From Phoronis australis (lineage: Eukaryota; Animalia; Phoronida): 64,000 nucleotides of DNA. Each line of letters starts with the position of its first letter. Position 1 is the stretch's first letter. Location of the stretch: assembly GCA_002633005.1 (NCBI GenBank), contig NMRA01000234.1:1-64000 (forward strand), read 5' to 3'. Under the pieces are notes generated by a model. The model worked only from the letters and a program-made list of their open reading frames with translations. It searched no databases and was not told the origin of the DNA. The translations under genes and the position numbers were made by a program. Shown in pieces: positions 63,685 to 64,000 of the stretch.

Positions 63685-64000
63685 AGCCACATTTACACAA
63701 GAGACAGCTGACACATAACAGCTAACTCGGAACAGCTAATTGGGTGCAAGTGACAGCCAGGTTTTGACACCAGCTTGATAGACAGTTTCAGCTACACGTC
63801 TAAACACAACTTCGGCTGGGTGGAAAGGGATCATCTTTCAATGCGCTTCCATTTGTTCAGTGGTGCGCTGGCATTCCACGTGATTTGGAAATTCGCTATC
63901 TTTTATGCGAGCATGCGCAGACAGTCTTCTTGTAAATGACTCGTGCTGATCCAGTATGCGATCTAATGTCGTGTAAATGTGACTCAAGTGGAGCAAGTTG
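63685..64000. mobile_element. Second copy of the 50985 MITE, running off the window
   Basis: agccacatttacacaagagacagctgac...agggatcatctttcaatg...gcgagcatg(c/t)gcagacagtctt shared. Confidence 0.75.

Overview
Eukaryotic, AT-rich, intron-rich DNA from an invertebrate animal (probably a bilaterian). From 191 to 56390 (+) lies one large multi-exon gene whose 5' end is upstream of the window. I read 25 shared exons with GT-AG boundaries that join in a single frame. They encode PSI, an unassigned region with a furin-type site and a beta-rich domain, CXCXC Cys-rich repeats, EGF, VWD (GDPH...GLCGNFDG) and a tenascin-type EGF array. Two intact copies of a two-exon terminal module follow (EGF exon, then EGF/2 cadherin repeats/mucin stalk/TM/NPTY tail): module A at 39729-41959 and module B at 51446-56390. 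The modules are near-identical in the EGF-cadherin core but differ strongly in stalk length (~265 vs ~70 aa) and cytoplasmic tail, suggesting alternative C-termini. An assembly gap (n at 43852) lies between them, so the tandem arrangement needs confirmation. Introns carry many co-oriented copies of a Helentron/DINE-1-like non-autonomous element; its internal ~451-bp repeat carries a CTCF-consensus motif about every 150 bp. There are also LINE remnants, Academ- and Kolobok-like remnants, MITEs and several minisatellites. A second, unidentified + strand gene begins near 60.7 kb.
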